64,000 nt of DNA, from positions 6,914 to 70,913 of the forward strand of contig CATLAM010000006.1 in the NCBI GenBank assembly GCA_949878485.1, in the 5' to 3' direction. Of this stretch, positions 10,848-17,972 are shown in pieces. The DNA comes from an uncultured Eubacteriales bacterium. GTDB lineage: Bacteria > Bacillota > Clostridia > Christensenellales > UBA1242. The first letter of the stretch is position 1, and each line of letters begins with the position of its first letter. A program made the translations under genes and the position numbers. The notes under the pieces are model-generated. The model was not told the DNA's origin and did no database searches. It saw only the letters and a program-made list of their open reading frames with translations.

Positions 10848-10878
10848 ATAAAACTTTTATAAAAAACTTTATAAAAAT
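10848..10878. repeat. about 2.7 tandem copies of a 12-bp AT-rich unit (ATAAAA(A)ACTTT)
   Basis: ATAAAACTTTT / ATAAAAAACTTT / ATAAAAATG read directly, just outside the proposed left island end. Confidence 0.4.
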
Positions 10879-10941
10879 GCTACAAAAATTATTAATTAAG
10901 ATACAAGTTATCTTTCTGGTTGGTTTATTTTTAGATAGAAT

Positions 10942-10974
10942 AAGTGGACAAAGTTGCAAAATCTTTGCCCACTT
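10942..10974. terminator. hairpin just past the int stop codon
   Basis: AAGTGGACAAAG / CTTTGCCCACTT arms (1 mismatch) with a 9-nt loop. The T-run is stronger on the plus side, so it may also block read-in from the flank. Confidence 0.4.
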
Positions 10975-10996
10975 ATATTTTTTATTTTTTACTTTA

Positions 10997-12430
10997 TTAG
11001 CAATATAATAGTTGATTTATTAAATTGCTTGCATTTTTATCGGCTTCTTTTGTGTAGTGTGTGTAAATATTTAATGTTGTATTTGTATCACTATGTCCAG
11101 CTCTTGCTGATACTGTTTTTATATCCATACCACGAGTAAGTTGCATGGTAATATTTGTGTGCCTTAGCCCATGCGGAGTAATTTCTTTCAGTCCATTTTT
11201 TTGTTCAAACTGTTTTAACCATCTAAAAGTTGTTGCTCCTGCCATATTTGAGCCATCCCATCTTACAAATAGTCTATCGGTATTTGCCCATAAGTTGGCA
11301 TATTTTATTTTTTCACTATCCCAAAATTTTTTGTAATCTTTTAATAATGTTACAACTCCACTTGGAATGCTAATTGTTCTGTTAGAATTTTTTGTTTTTG
11401 TATTTTTAGTTACAACCCCTATGCCACAAGCATATATACTATTTCTTGAAATTGTTACTAGTTCTCTTTCAAAATCAAAGTCTTTCCATTCTAAACCTAC
11501 CAACTCTGCGTTGCGAACACCCAAAGCAATCATTAAAGTAAATGCAACTTTTTTTCTAATATCTGTTTCATTGTTTATGCAATCTACAAAATGTTTTATA
11601 GTTTCCGTGTCATCTAATATTTCTTTTTTACCAGAAGAACCTTTTTTAATAGGACGAATAAAATCACTAGAAGCATAATTGACACTAATTATACCTTGCC
11701 TTACTGCATCTCTAAGTATCGTATGTAGCATTATTTTAATTGCATTATTTGAGCCTCTTGAATATGGAACTTGCTCACTTTCGGCTTTAAAATAATCTTC
11801 AAAATTTATTTTTAAACCTCTACATATTTTTTTAGCCGTTTCCCTTTTTAATTTATTACCAACTTTATAAGCAACCTCTATGGTAGTATCAGCCAATTCA
11901 CATAATTTTGCACAAGATTGAGTAGTTAGGTTTTTTGCAGTAACCAAATCTCTTATGCTTTGCTTCACGGTTATAGTTTCTTTTTTATGAGTTCGTTCGC
12001 ATAGCCAATTGCAAAAGTCTTGTATTATAATTTGATTTAAACCCCTTAAAGTGTATTTGCCTAATTTATCTTTAAAAATTTTTAAATAGCCTTTGCAACT
12101 ATTATAATAAGAATAGCCTTGTTCGTGGTATATTAAAATATCTTCTACCCACTTTTCAGCAAATTCATAAAATCCTATGTCTTCCATAGGCTTGTTTAAA
12201 ATTCCATTTGAAAGCCTTTCAGTTTGTTCTTTTAAGTCTAATTGACATTTTAGTTTATACGATTCAATTTCTTTTTTGCCCTTTAAGTGATTAGGTACTT
12301 TATATGTTTTAACTTTTTGTTTAAATTTTTTTGTTAAAGGGTCTTTATAGTTGCACCAAAATACAAATGAAAGTTCGCCTTTTTGATTATATCGTTCTTC
12401 TGTGTGCATTAAATCATTTTTATTCTTCAT
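10997..12430 (-). CDS. int: tyrosine site-specific integrase, Tn916-Int-like architecture
   Basis: Catalytic R (LGVRNAEL), HGLRHT, and GHSDTNTTLNIYTHY (Tyr nucleophile). Start MKNKNDL at ATG 12430 with GAGG 7 nt upstream, overlapping the xis stop. 8 Trp codons, all TGG. Confidence 0.9.
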   Translation of the reverse strand: MKNKNDLMHTEERYNQKGELSFVFWCNYKDPLTKKFKQKVKTYKVPNHLKGKKEIESYKLKCQLDLKEQTERLSNGILNKPMEDIGFYEFAEKWVEDILIYHEQGYSYYNSCKGYLKIFKDKLGKYTLRGLNQIIIQDFCNWLCERTHKKETITVKQSIRDLVTAKNLTTQSCAKLCELADTTIEVAYKVGNKLKRETAKKICRGLKINFEDYFKAESEQVPYSRGSNNAIKIMLHTILRDAVRQGIISVNYASSDFIRPIKKGSSGKKEILDDTETIKHFVDCINNETDIRKKVAFTLMIALGVRNAELVGLEWKDFDFERELVTISRNSIYACGIGVVTKNTKTKNSNRTISIPSGVVTLLKDYKKFWDSEKIKYANLWANTDRLFVRWDGSNMAGATTFRWLKQFEQKNGLKEITPHGLRHTNITMQLTRGMDIKTVSARAGHSDTNTTLNIYTHYTKEADKNASNLINQLLYC

Positions 12431-12641
12431 CTGGTACCTCAATAATTTTTCCACCTAAAAATATTATAAGTGAATTGACATCAACTAAAATTTTGCTTGA
12501 ATTAATTATGCAATCTATTTTTCCACTTTTGCATAATTGTCTAATAAATCACTCGCTTACTGCGGTATTTTTGTCAAGCGACCTTAATTCATCCATACAA
12601 CCTTTTATGGTTTTTAATTCTGGCATAATTTTTTTAAACAT
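12420..12641 (-). CDS. xis: excisionase-like HTH protein; needs sense decoding of one in-frame TGA (codon 31)
   Basis: Not in the track. AAGGAG + ATG 12641. 73 codons if TGA (12549-12551) is read as Trp: ...DKNTAVSE(W)FIRQLCKSGKIDCIINSSKILVDVNSLIIFL... The TAA stop overlaps the int ATG (ATGAAGAATAA). Confidence 0.7.
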
Positions 12642-12662
12642 ATTTTTTGCTCCTTTTTTTTT

Positions 12663-12691
12663 ATATTAATTTCATTTTTTAAAAAGTTCAA
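12663..12691 (-). promoter_or_regulatory. putative xis-int promoter
   Basis: Minus strand TTGAAC-N17-TAATAT, about 20 nt upstream of the xis SD. Confidence 0.4.
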
Positions 12692-12799
12692 GGGTTTTGA
12701 AAGGTGTTTTTCAAGTTGTTTTAAGTTTGCCAAGTTTTTTTAGTAAAAGTATTATAAATGCCTTGCTTTAAGCTTGATTTTTGTTTATAATATTTTATA

Positions 12800-12819
12800 A
12801 ATCATATTTAAATATGATT
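12800..12819. promoter_or_regulatory. perfect 20-bp palindrome, probable operator
   Basis: AATCATATTTAAATATGATT. It overlaps a TTGCTA-N17-TATATA promoter-like element (12818-12846) upstream of the 12883 HTH gene, in the divergent xis/regulator intergenic region. Confidence 0.5.
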
Positions 12820-12882
12820 GCTAATTATATTTTTGATTACTATATATATAATCATTCTAGACTTTTTTGCGGGAGGTAAACC

Positions 12883-13863
12883 ATGGATAATTTATCTAAT
12901 ACTTTTAAAACTAATTTGCAAAAACTTTTGGCTGATAATAAGATATACATTAACAAGAAAAACCTTTCTTCTTCTATCGGCTATAAAACTGCAAACTCTA
13001 TAACAAAAGACTTAAATGGAAGCAAAGAGCCTTTTTGGCAAAAGGCTTGTAAGTGCATTGAATACCTTTATTCTAATGTTCCTTGCTTTACTTTAAACAA
13101 CCTTATTCCAACCATGGAAGAAAAGCAAGAAGATAAAAAAAGTTTTGCAGAACTTGAAAAGGACTACAAAACCTTAAAATCTAATTATGAGCAACTTGAA
13201 AAGAAATATAATAATCTTTACCAGTTTGCCAACTTTATTAACATAATTAAAAACCTTTCAAACGAAAGGCAGGATACTTTATTTAATTTAATGTCAGCCG
13301 AATGCTTTGCTGACTTTTTAACCAAACTAAGAGATTATTCACATAGAGCATTAATATTTGATAAGAATAATAAAAAATCTCATTATTCAAACACTTTTAT
13401 ATTTAAACCTTACAACTATAATACTTTTGCTTATGCTGATGCTTTATGCCAGCAAACAATACTTGCTTTAAGGCTTAAATATAGATTAAAAAACCAAGAC
13501 GAATATGATAGAACAGAAGAAGAAAAAAAACAAAAACGTATTGAAGAAAAGATAAACGAAATTAAAATTACAGGGAAAAGAAGAACTGTTAAAATGCGAA
13601 TTAAAAATTTACTTGAAGAAACTAGTAATGCTGACAATAAAAAGGAATTTAGAAAAGATAGATTTAATGACCTAACTCGTTGGAAATTTAACCCTTTGGA
13701 CTTTAAAGATAATACTCTTTGGAACTATGATTTTATCGATTATAAAACCCTTTATAAAAAACAATTAGCAGAATTTATCGAAGAAGAATTTGGTAAAGAG
13801 TACTCACAAAAATATTTAAAAAAATCGATGAAAGATGAAAACGACGATATATTTAAAACTTAA
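12883..13863 (+). CDS. island regulator candidate: N-terminal Xre-like HTH plus long charged/coiled-coil C-terminal region
   Basis: GGGAGG SD + ATG. The first ~60 aa resemble an HTH_3 pattern (LQKLLADNKI..NKKNLSSSIGYKTANSITKDLNG). Divergent from xis-int. 3 Trp codons, all TGG. Confidence 0.5.
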   Translation: MDNLSNTFKTNLQKLLADNKIYINKKNLSSSIGYKTANSITKDLNGSKEPFWQKACKCIEYLYSNVPCFTLNNLIPTMEEKQEDKKSFAELEKDYKTLKSNYEQLEKKYNNLYQFANFINIIKNLSNERQDTLFNLMSAECFADFLTKLRDYSHRALIFDKNNKKSHYSNTFIFKPYNYNTFAYADALCQQTILALRLKYRLKNQDEYDRTEEEKKQKRIEEKINEIKITGKRRTVKMRIKNLLEETSNADNKKEFRKDRFNDLTRWKFNPLDFKDNTLWNYDFIDYKTLYKKQLAEFIEEEFGKEYSQKYLKKSMKDENDDIFKT

Positions 13864-13868
13864 ATTAC

Positions 13869-13899
13869 AATGCGTCTATGAGCTTGTTAAATGCGTCTA
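13869..13899. repeat. two direct copies of AATGCGTCTA 21 bp apart (third copy at 15581-15589)
   Basis: Read directly; a relatively GC-rich motif in AT-rich intergenic DNA between convergent island genes. Confidence 0.5.
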
Positions 13900-13937
13900 C
13901 AATCAATCGCGACATTTAACTTAATAAAATATATTGC

Positions 13938-14108
13938 TTATTGCATTTCGTCCGTTAAACTTTCAGTTTTTATAATCTTTAAAATTTCTTTCAACCCTTT
14001 CAAATCAAATGTTTGAATTGAAATTTCTAAAAATGTTTTTAAATCTTTCTCTAAAAGGCTTAATAAAATCTCTATTAAGTCTTTTTCATATTCTTGTTCA
14101 ACTTTCAT
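13938..14108 (-). CDS. hypothetical small protein (56 aa), last gene of the island minus-strand operon
   Basis: Below the track cutoff. GGAG SD 7 nt before ATG 14108; MKVEQEYEKDLIEILLSLLEKDLKTF...; TAA stop. Confidence 0.45.
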   Translation of the reverse strand: MKVEQEYEKDLIEILLSLLEKDLKTFLEISIQTFDLKGLKEILKIIKTESLTDEMQ

Positions 14109-14131
14109 TTTGCTTACTCCTTTTAAATTAA

Positions 14132-14476
14132 TTAGTCGGCTATTAATTCAAAATATGGAAAGCCTTTTGTAAACTTTTCATTTGCTATTTGTAAATCTTT
14201 TTTCAACTTACATACTTTTAACCACTTGCAAGGCTCAATCAAATTTAGTTGTTTTAAAAATACAAAATCGTTATTGAGAGAAAGGTTAAAACTATTTTTA
14301 ATTTCTTTTGCAGTTTGTTCGGCATCATAATCACTCATACCAGCACGAATTACAATAAGGTTATTATCAAAATGACCTTCCGCAACTTTATAATTTTTTA
14401 TAATCTCGTCTATTTGTGTTTTTGTTAAAACACTCTTTTTTATTATTATGTCAATAAAGCCATAGCCAAAAACCAT
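14132..14476 (-). CDS. hypothetical protein (114 aa)
   Basis: Start set at MVFGYGF (ATG 14476, AAGGGGGG SD), 13 nt after the upstream stop. The longer track ORF overlaps the upstream gene. Confidence 0.55.
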   Translation of the reverse strand: MVFGYGFIDIIIKKSVLTKTQIDEIIKNYKVAEGHFDNNLIVIRAGMSDYDAEQTAKEIKNSFNLSLNNDFVFLKQLNLIEPCKWLKVCKLKKDLQIANEKFTKGFPYFELIAD

Positions 14477-14489
14477 TTTTTGCCCCCCT

Positions 14490-14975
14490 TTAAACAAATT
14501 CAACTTTCTCGCAAGATAAATTTGTAAGCCTAATTTTATTATCAATATCAAGTAGTTGCGTTTTAATGTTTTTGCAGTTAATTTTTTGTGTGTAAATTTC
14601 TTTACAATCAATAGAAGATAGGCAAGTAATTTGTTTGCACTTTAAAATATTTCCACTTATGTTTTTATGTATTAATATGCTTTCACAAACACACCAATCT
14701 TTTATAATTAAGTCGTCAGCAAATATTTTATTGCAAGTAAAAGAATAGTTAAAAGTAATTGTTTTTGCCTTTACATACACGCAACAATCATAGTCTTTTT
14801 TGCTTACTTTTTGGCATTCATAAACTAAGTCAACAGCACAATTAAATAAAACATCAACTTTCTCGCCATTTTCTATAAACTCAAATATAATTTGTTTATG
14901 CTTTCCGTCGTGCTTATCTGCTGGCACTATTTTAACATATCTTTCTAATTCTTCTAGTTTATTTATCGTTATCAT
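14490..14975 (-). CDS. hypothetical Cys-rich protein (161 aa)
   Basis: AAGGAG SD; about 14 Cys spread through a beta-rich-looking sequence; no family recognised. Confidence 0.55.
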   Translation of the reverse strand: MITINKLEELERYVKIVPADKHDGKHKQIIFEFIENGEKVDVLFNCAVDLVYECQKVSKKDYDCCVYVKAKTITFNYSFTCNKIFADDLIIKDWCVCESILIHKNISGNILKCKQITCLSSIDCKEIYTQKINCKNIKTQLLDIDNKIRLTNLSCEKVEFV

Positions 14976-15037
14976 TTTAACTCCTTATTTAAAGCGGATT
15001 TATTATTTTTAAGGGGAAGTTTATGTTATTATTAATA

Positions 15038-15544
15038 TCAAGTAGGGCAGTTCTTATCAAGCCAATCAAACCAATATTTATCTAAAATATGTGGTGCAAA
15101 ATCAACATACAATTTGCTTAAAAATTTAATAGCCAACTTTTCAATTATAAATTTTCTTGCAGTGTTTGAAAGAAATAAATTAATATTTTCTTGTCTTTGC
15201 TTTTTTGAAATGTTTTCTATATCTAAATTTAGTTTAAAAGTATCGTTGACTATTTTCATAAATCTATCGTCTTCAACCAGTTCTTCAAAAATCATATTTG
15301 AAAGTGATTTTGATATATTCTCATACTTGCTATATAAAAATATCTGCAACCCATATTTTTTAAACTTTTCAGCTGAAATAACCTTATAGACATTTCCCAA
15401 CTTTTCAACTGCACCATATTTTATTAAATCTTCCAAGGTAGATTTAGCCTTTGGAAAACTCCACTTAAAAAACCTTTGCAATGTTGCAATGCCAAAATTA
15501 TCTAAATTTATTAAGTCATTAAACTTCTCAATATTGCTTTTCAT
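15038..15544 (-). CDS. hypothetical protein with N-terminal FtsK-gamma-like winged helix
   Basis: GIATLQRFFKWSFPKAKSTLEDLIKYGAVEK resembles the FtsK gamma pattern (LQRxxxxGYxRAxxxxDxLExxGxV). Ends TGA-TAT-TAA. Confidence 0.45.
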   Translation of the reverse strand: MKSNIEKFNDLINLDNFGIATLQRFFKWSFPKAKSTLEDLIKYGAVEKLGNVYKVISAEKFKKYGLQIFLYSKYENISKSLSNMIFEELVEDDRFMKIVNDTFKLNLDIENISKKQRQENINLFLSNTARKFIIEKLAIKFLSKLYVDFAPHILDKYWFDWLDKNCPT

Positions 15545-15680
15545 ATAAACTCCTTTGTATCGGTTAGTACAAGCCGTTTAAATGCGTCTTACACCGTTCT
15601 TAATATTGTGTTTATATATTTTATTGCTTTTACATTTTGTGCTTTTAAACGCTAAGTTTTAATATCTAGTATTTTGTTTT

Positions 15681-15715
15681 TTTAAAGTAAAAGACAGCAA
15701 AAATACATTGCTGTC
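15681..15715 (-). terminator. rho-independent terminator after the 325-aa membrane protein gene
   Basis: GACAGCAA / TTGCTGTC 8-bp stem, 7-nt loop, TTTT tract on the minus strand; overlaps the stop codon. Confidence 0.5.
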
Positions 15716-16692
15716 TATTTATAGCCTAGGCTTTTTCTACACTTCTTAAAACCCTCAGTTTTACAAGCCCCATAGTGTGGACATTGAATACAACCAGCAG
15801 GACCAAAATCATTTCTTCTTGCGTTTCTTTCTGCCTCTCTATTTGCTCGTTTTTGTTCATCTAATTGTTTTTGCATAATTTCAGTTTGCTTTCTTGCTTC
15901 TCGTTGTAAATTTTGTTGATGTTCTTGTGCCTCTTGTTGCAATCTATAATTTGTTTCTTCATCTTTTATTGCTCTCTGTCTAATTTCATATTCCAGCATT
16001 TTTCTTTGCCTTTGCTGTTCTTTCAATATCTTCTTTTCTCTTTCGTCTTTAATAAATATTTCTATAGCCTCTTTTATATTGTCGGCTCGACCCATCTCAA
16101 AAATATTTATAAACTCTCTTGCGTTTTCTAGAACAACATCAGGATAATGAGAAAACTTTTTGCTGTTTTCTTTTAATAATAATACCTTTTTATCAATATT
16201 TTCTCTGTTTTTTTGTTTTATTTCATTTACTTTTTTCTTATATAATTCTTCTAAGCGTTCATACTTTTCTTGGTATCTCTCGTCATACTCTGATTTCCAT
16301 TGCCTATATTTTTTGTTGCTTATTTTTTCTATAATTATTTGTATAAGATTATAAATATCTATTACTAAACAAACTACAACCACAATTATAGCGGCTCCAA
16401 GGATTATTTGACCAACCAACTTACTCAAATAATCATTTGTATTAGTCATAATTAAATAAAAGAAAATTCCAACGATTATACTTATTGGCAAAACTATTGC
16501 ATTTGCTATGAAAGCATCAACTGTTTTGCCTCCTCTTGACTTCGGAGCATCCTTATAGCTTACTTTTAGCCGTTTTTCAAACCACTCTTCCTCATCTGGT
16601 AAATCTAGATATTCATACTTAGCTTGAATTGAATTATAAGTATCATTATATTCATTTAATTCTTTTAGTATTGTCTGTACAGAATTATCCAT
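15715..16692 (-). CDS. hypothetical membrane protein: 2 TM helices, long Q/E/R/K coiled coil, C-terminal Cys cluster
   Basis: Hydrophobic spans IANAIVLPISIIVGIFFYLI and ILGAAIIVVVVCLVIDIY; coiled coil about aa 130-290; C-terminus GCIQCPHYGACKTEGFKKC. Confidence 0.55.
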   Translation of the reverse strand: MDNSVQTILKELNEYNDTYNSIQAKYEYLDLPDEEEWFEKRLKVSYKDAPKSRGGKTVDAFIANAIVLPISIIVGIFFYLIMTNTNDYLSKLVGQIILGAAIIVVVVCLVIDIYNLIQIIIEKISNKKYRQWKSEYDERYQEKYERLEELYKKKVNEIKQKNRENIDKKVLLLKENSKKFSHYPDVVLENAREFINIFEMGRADNIKEAIEIFIKDEREKKILKEQQRQRKMLEYEIRQRAIKDEETNYRLQQEAQEHQQNLQREARKQTEIMQKQLDEQKRANREAERNARRNDFGPAGCIQCPHYGACKTEGFKKCRKSLGYK

Positions 16693-16716
16693 TACAACTC
16701 CTTATGATACAACCTT

Positions 16717-16745
16717 ATTATATATATTTCTCAATAAAAAGTCAA
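16717..16745 (-). promoter_or_regulatory. promoter of the 15715-16692 gene
   Basis: Minus strand TTGACT-N17-TATAAT, consensus-like. Confidence 0.55.
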
Positions 16746-16790
16746 ATATATTTACTACAAGTCAATAAAATATTTAATTTAAAGTCAATT
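16739..16790. promoter_or_regulatory. three AAGTCAA (TTGACTT) boxes at 20- and 23-bp spacing, putative operator array
   Basis: GTCAA at 16741, 16761 and 16784 in the divergent region between the membrane-protein gene and xre. The first box doubles as the -35. Confidence 0.4.
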
Positions 16791-16807
16791 TGGAACTATC
16801 TTCTAAA

Positions 16808-16835
16808 TTAGCACGACCTCAATATCATTTATAAT
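16808..16835 (+). promoter_or_regulatory. putative xre promoter
   Basis: TTAGCA-N16-TATAAT followed by AAAGGAGG SD. Confidence 0.4.
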
Positions 16836-16860
16836 TAATTGTAATAAAGGAGGTTAGGCT

Positions 16861-17169
16861 ATGGACAATAATGAACTTATAAACCGAATAGGCTTTATTA
16901 GAAATCGTGCAAATTTGTCGGCAAGAAAACTATCAATGGAAATAGGCAAAAATGAGTGCTATATTCATAGACTTGAAACAAGCAAAACATTTGCTCCAAC
17001 CTTTGAAACTTTAATGGATATTTTAGAGGCTTGTAATACTACCACCGAAGAATTTTTTTATTATAATATTTCAGCTTATAAACAAGATGAGGAAATATTA
17101 CAACTTTTAGAAACTGCCAGCCCAGAAAAGAAAACTGCAATCATTTCATTATTAAAATTAAAACAATAA
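16861..17169 (+). CDS. Xre-family HTH transcriptional regulator
   Basis: 102 aa; IGFIRNRANLSARKLSMEIGKNECYIHRLETSK is a typical HTH_3 pattern; strong SD. Confidence 0.75.
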   Translation: MDNNELINRIGFIRNRANLSARKLSMEIGKNECYIHRLETSKTFAPTFETLMDILEACNTTTEEFFYYNISAYKQDEEILQLLETASPEKKTAIISLLKLKQ

Positions 17170-17172
17170 AAA

Positions 17173-17199
17173 AGAAGGCTTGATACTTTTCAGCCCTCT
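17173..17199. terminator. hairpin between convergent genes; contains CTTGATAC (pC194/pUB110-type nick-site sequence)
   Basis: AGAAGGC / GCCCTCT arms (1 mismatch), 13-nt loop TTGATACTTTTCA, T-rich tail. CTTGATA at 17179-17185 spans the stem-loop junction. Confidence 0.45.
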
Positions 17200-17206
17200 T
17201 TTATTT

Positions 17207-17782
17207 TTAATATTTCTTTGTGAAATAATCTTTACCTGCTTGCCATAAATAAATATCTAGTTGTCTTAAAGTAAAGTCGTTTAACTTATAAAATTCTCTA
17301 AATGCGTTTAAAATAGAATAGAACTTTTTGTAATCTCTACAATCTTCATAAGAGAATTTGAAAAACTTATCTTGCTTATTTAAGTGCATTAGCATTTTTG
17401 CCACATAACTATCAAATATAGGAAATTCATTGCCAAGATGATGAACACAATATTTGGTTGCAAAAGAGTATATATTCCTGTTTATGCCGTTTTTTGTTTT
17501 GTCAGCAATATCATTTACAACAGACAAATCTTTTGCTTTTAATTTTTTATCTATGTTTAGCGAAACAATATACTCGGCTACCTTATATGTATTAAATATA
17601 TTTGTGCTATAAAAGTCATTGAGTATATTAACCTTTAATAAAACTTCGCTAATATCATTATTGTTAGGGTAAAGGGCAAACAACTTTTTTAATGCCTTTT
17701 CTTGTTCTACATAGTTTGATTGCGTATCGCAAAGCATTAAATACTTTTCAACTTCTGCTTTGCATGGCTTTTTTATCTCCAT
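17207..17782 (-). CDS. hypothetical protein (191 aa)
   Basis: Own TTGACA promoter and AAGGAG SD; helical-looking; no family recognised. Confidence 0.55.
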   Translation of the reverse strand: MEIKKPCKAEVEKYLMLCDTQSNYVEQEKALKKLFALYPNNNDISEVLLKVNILNDFYSTNIFNTYKVAEYIVSLNIDKKLKAKDLSVVNDIADKTKNGINRNIYSFATKYCVHHLGNEFPIFDSYVAKMLMHLNKQDKFFKFSYEDCRDYKKFYSILNAFREFYKLNDFTLRQLDIYLWQAGKDYFTKKY

Positions 17783-17804
17783 ATATACTCCTTTTATCTA
17801 TTCA

Positions 17805-17834
17805 ATCATAACATACAACTACATATTTTGTCAA
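17805..17834 (-). promoter_or_regulatory. promoter of the 191-aa gene
   Basis: Minus strand TTGACA-N18-TATGAT with TG two bases upstream of the -10. Confidence 0.5.
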
Positions 17835-17868
17835 ACAAAACGAATAAGTGTTTACTATAAATAGATAA

Positions 17869-17904
17869 AAAATAAAAGTAAGTTGTTATACCTACTTTTA
17901 TTTT
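17869..17904 (-). terminator. terminator after rep (12-bp perfect stem)
   Basis: AAAATAAAAGTA / TACTTTTATTTT with a 12-nt loop and a T-tract on the minus strand, 69 nt after the rep TAA. Confidence 0.55.
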
Positions 17905-17972
17905 GAGTTATTTTATGGCTAACTACATTAATTTTAGCCAAGATTATTTGTGTTTTAACAATATAATCATAT

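Noticed and set aside
14477-14611. Apparent 122-nt overlap between ORFs 14132-14611 and 14490-14975, considered as a frameshift or overlapping gene
   Set aside because: An internal ATG at 14476 with an AAGGGGGG SD 13 nt after the upstream stop explains it as ordinary adjacent genes.
15055-15061. Second CTTGATA (minus strand) as a possible Rep nick site
   Set aside because: It lies inside the coding 3-prime end of the FtsK-gamma-like gene with no hairpin context, consistent with chance occurrence of a 7-mer.
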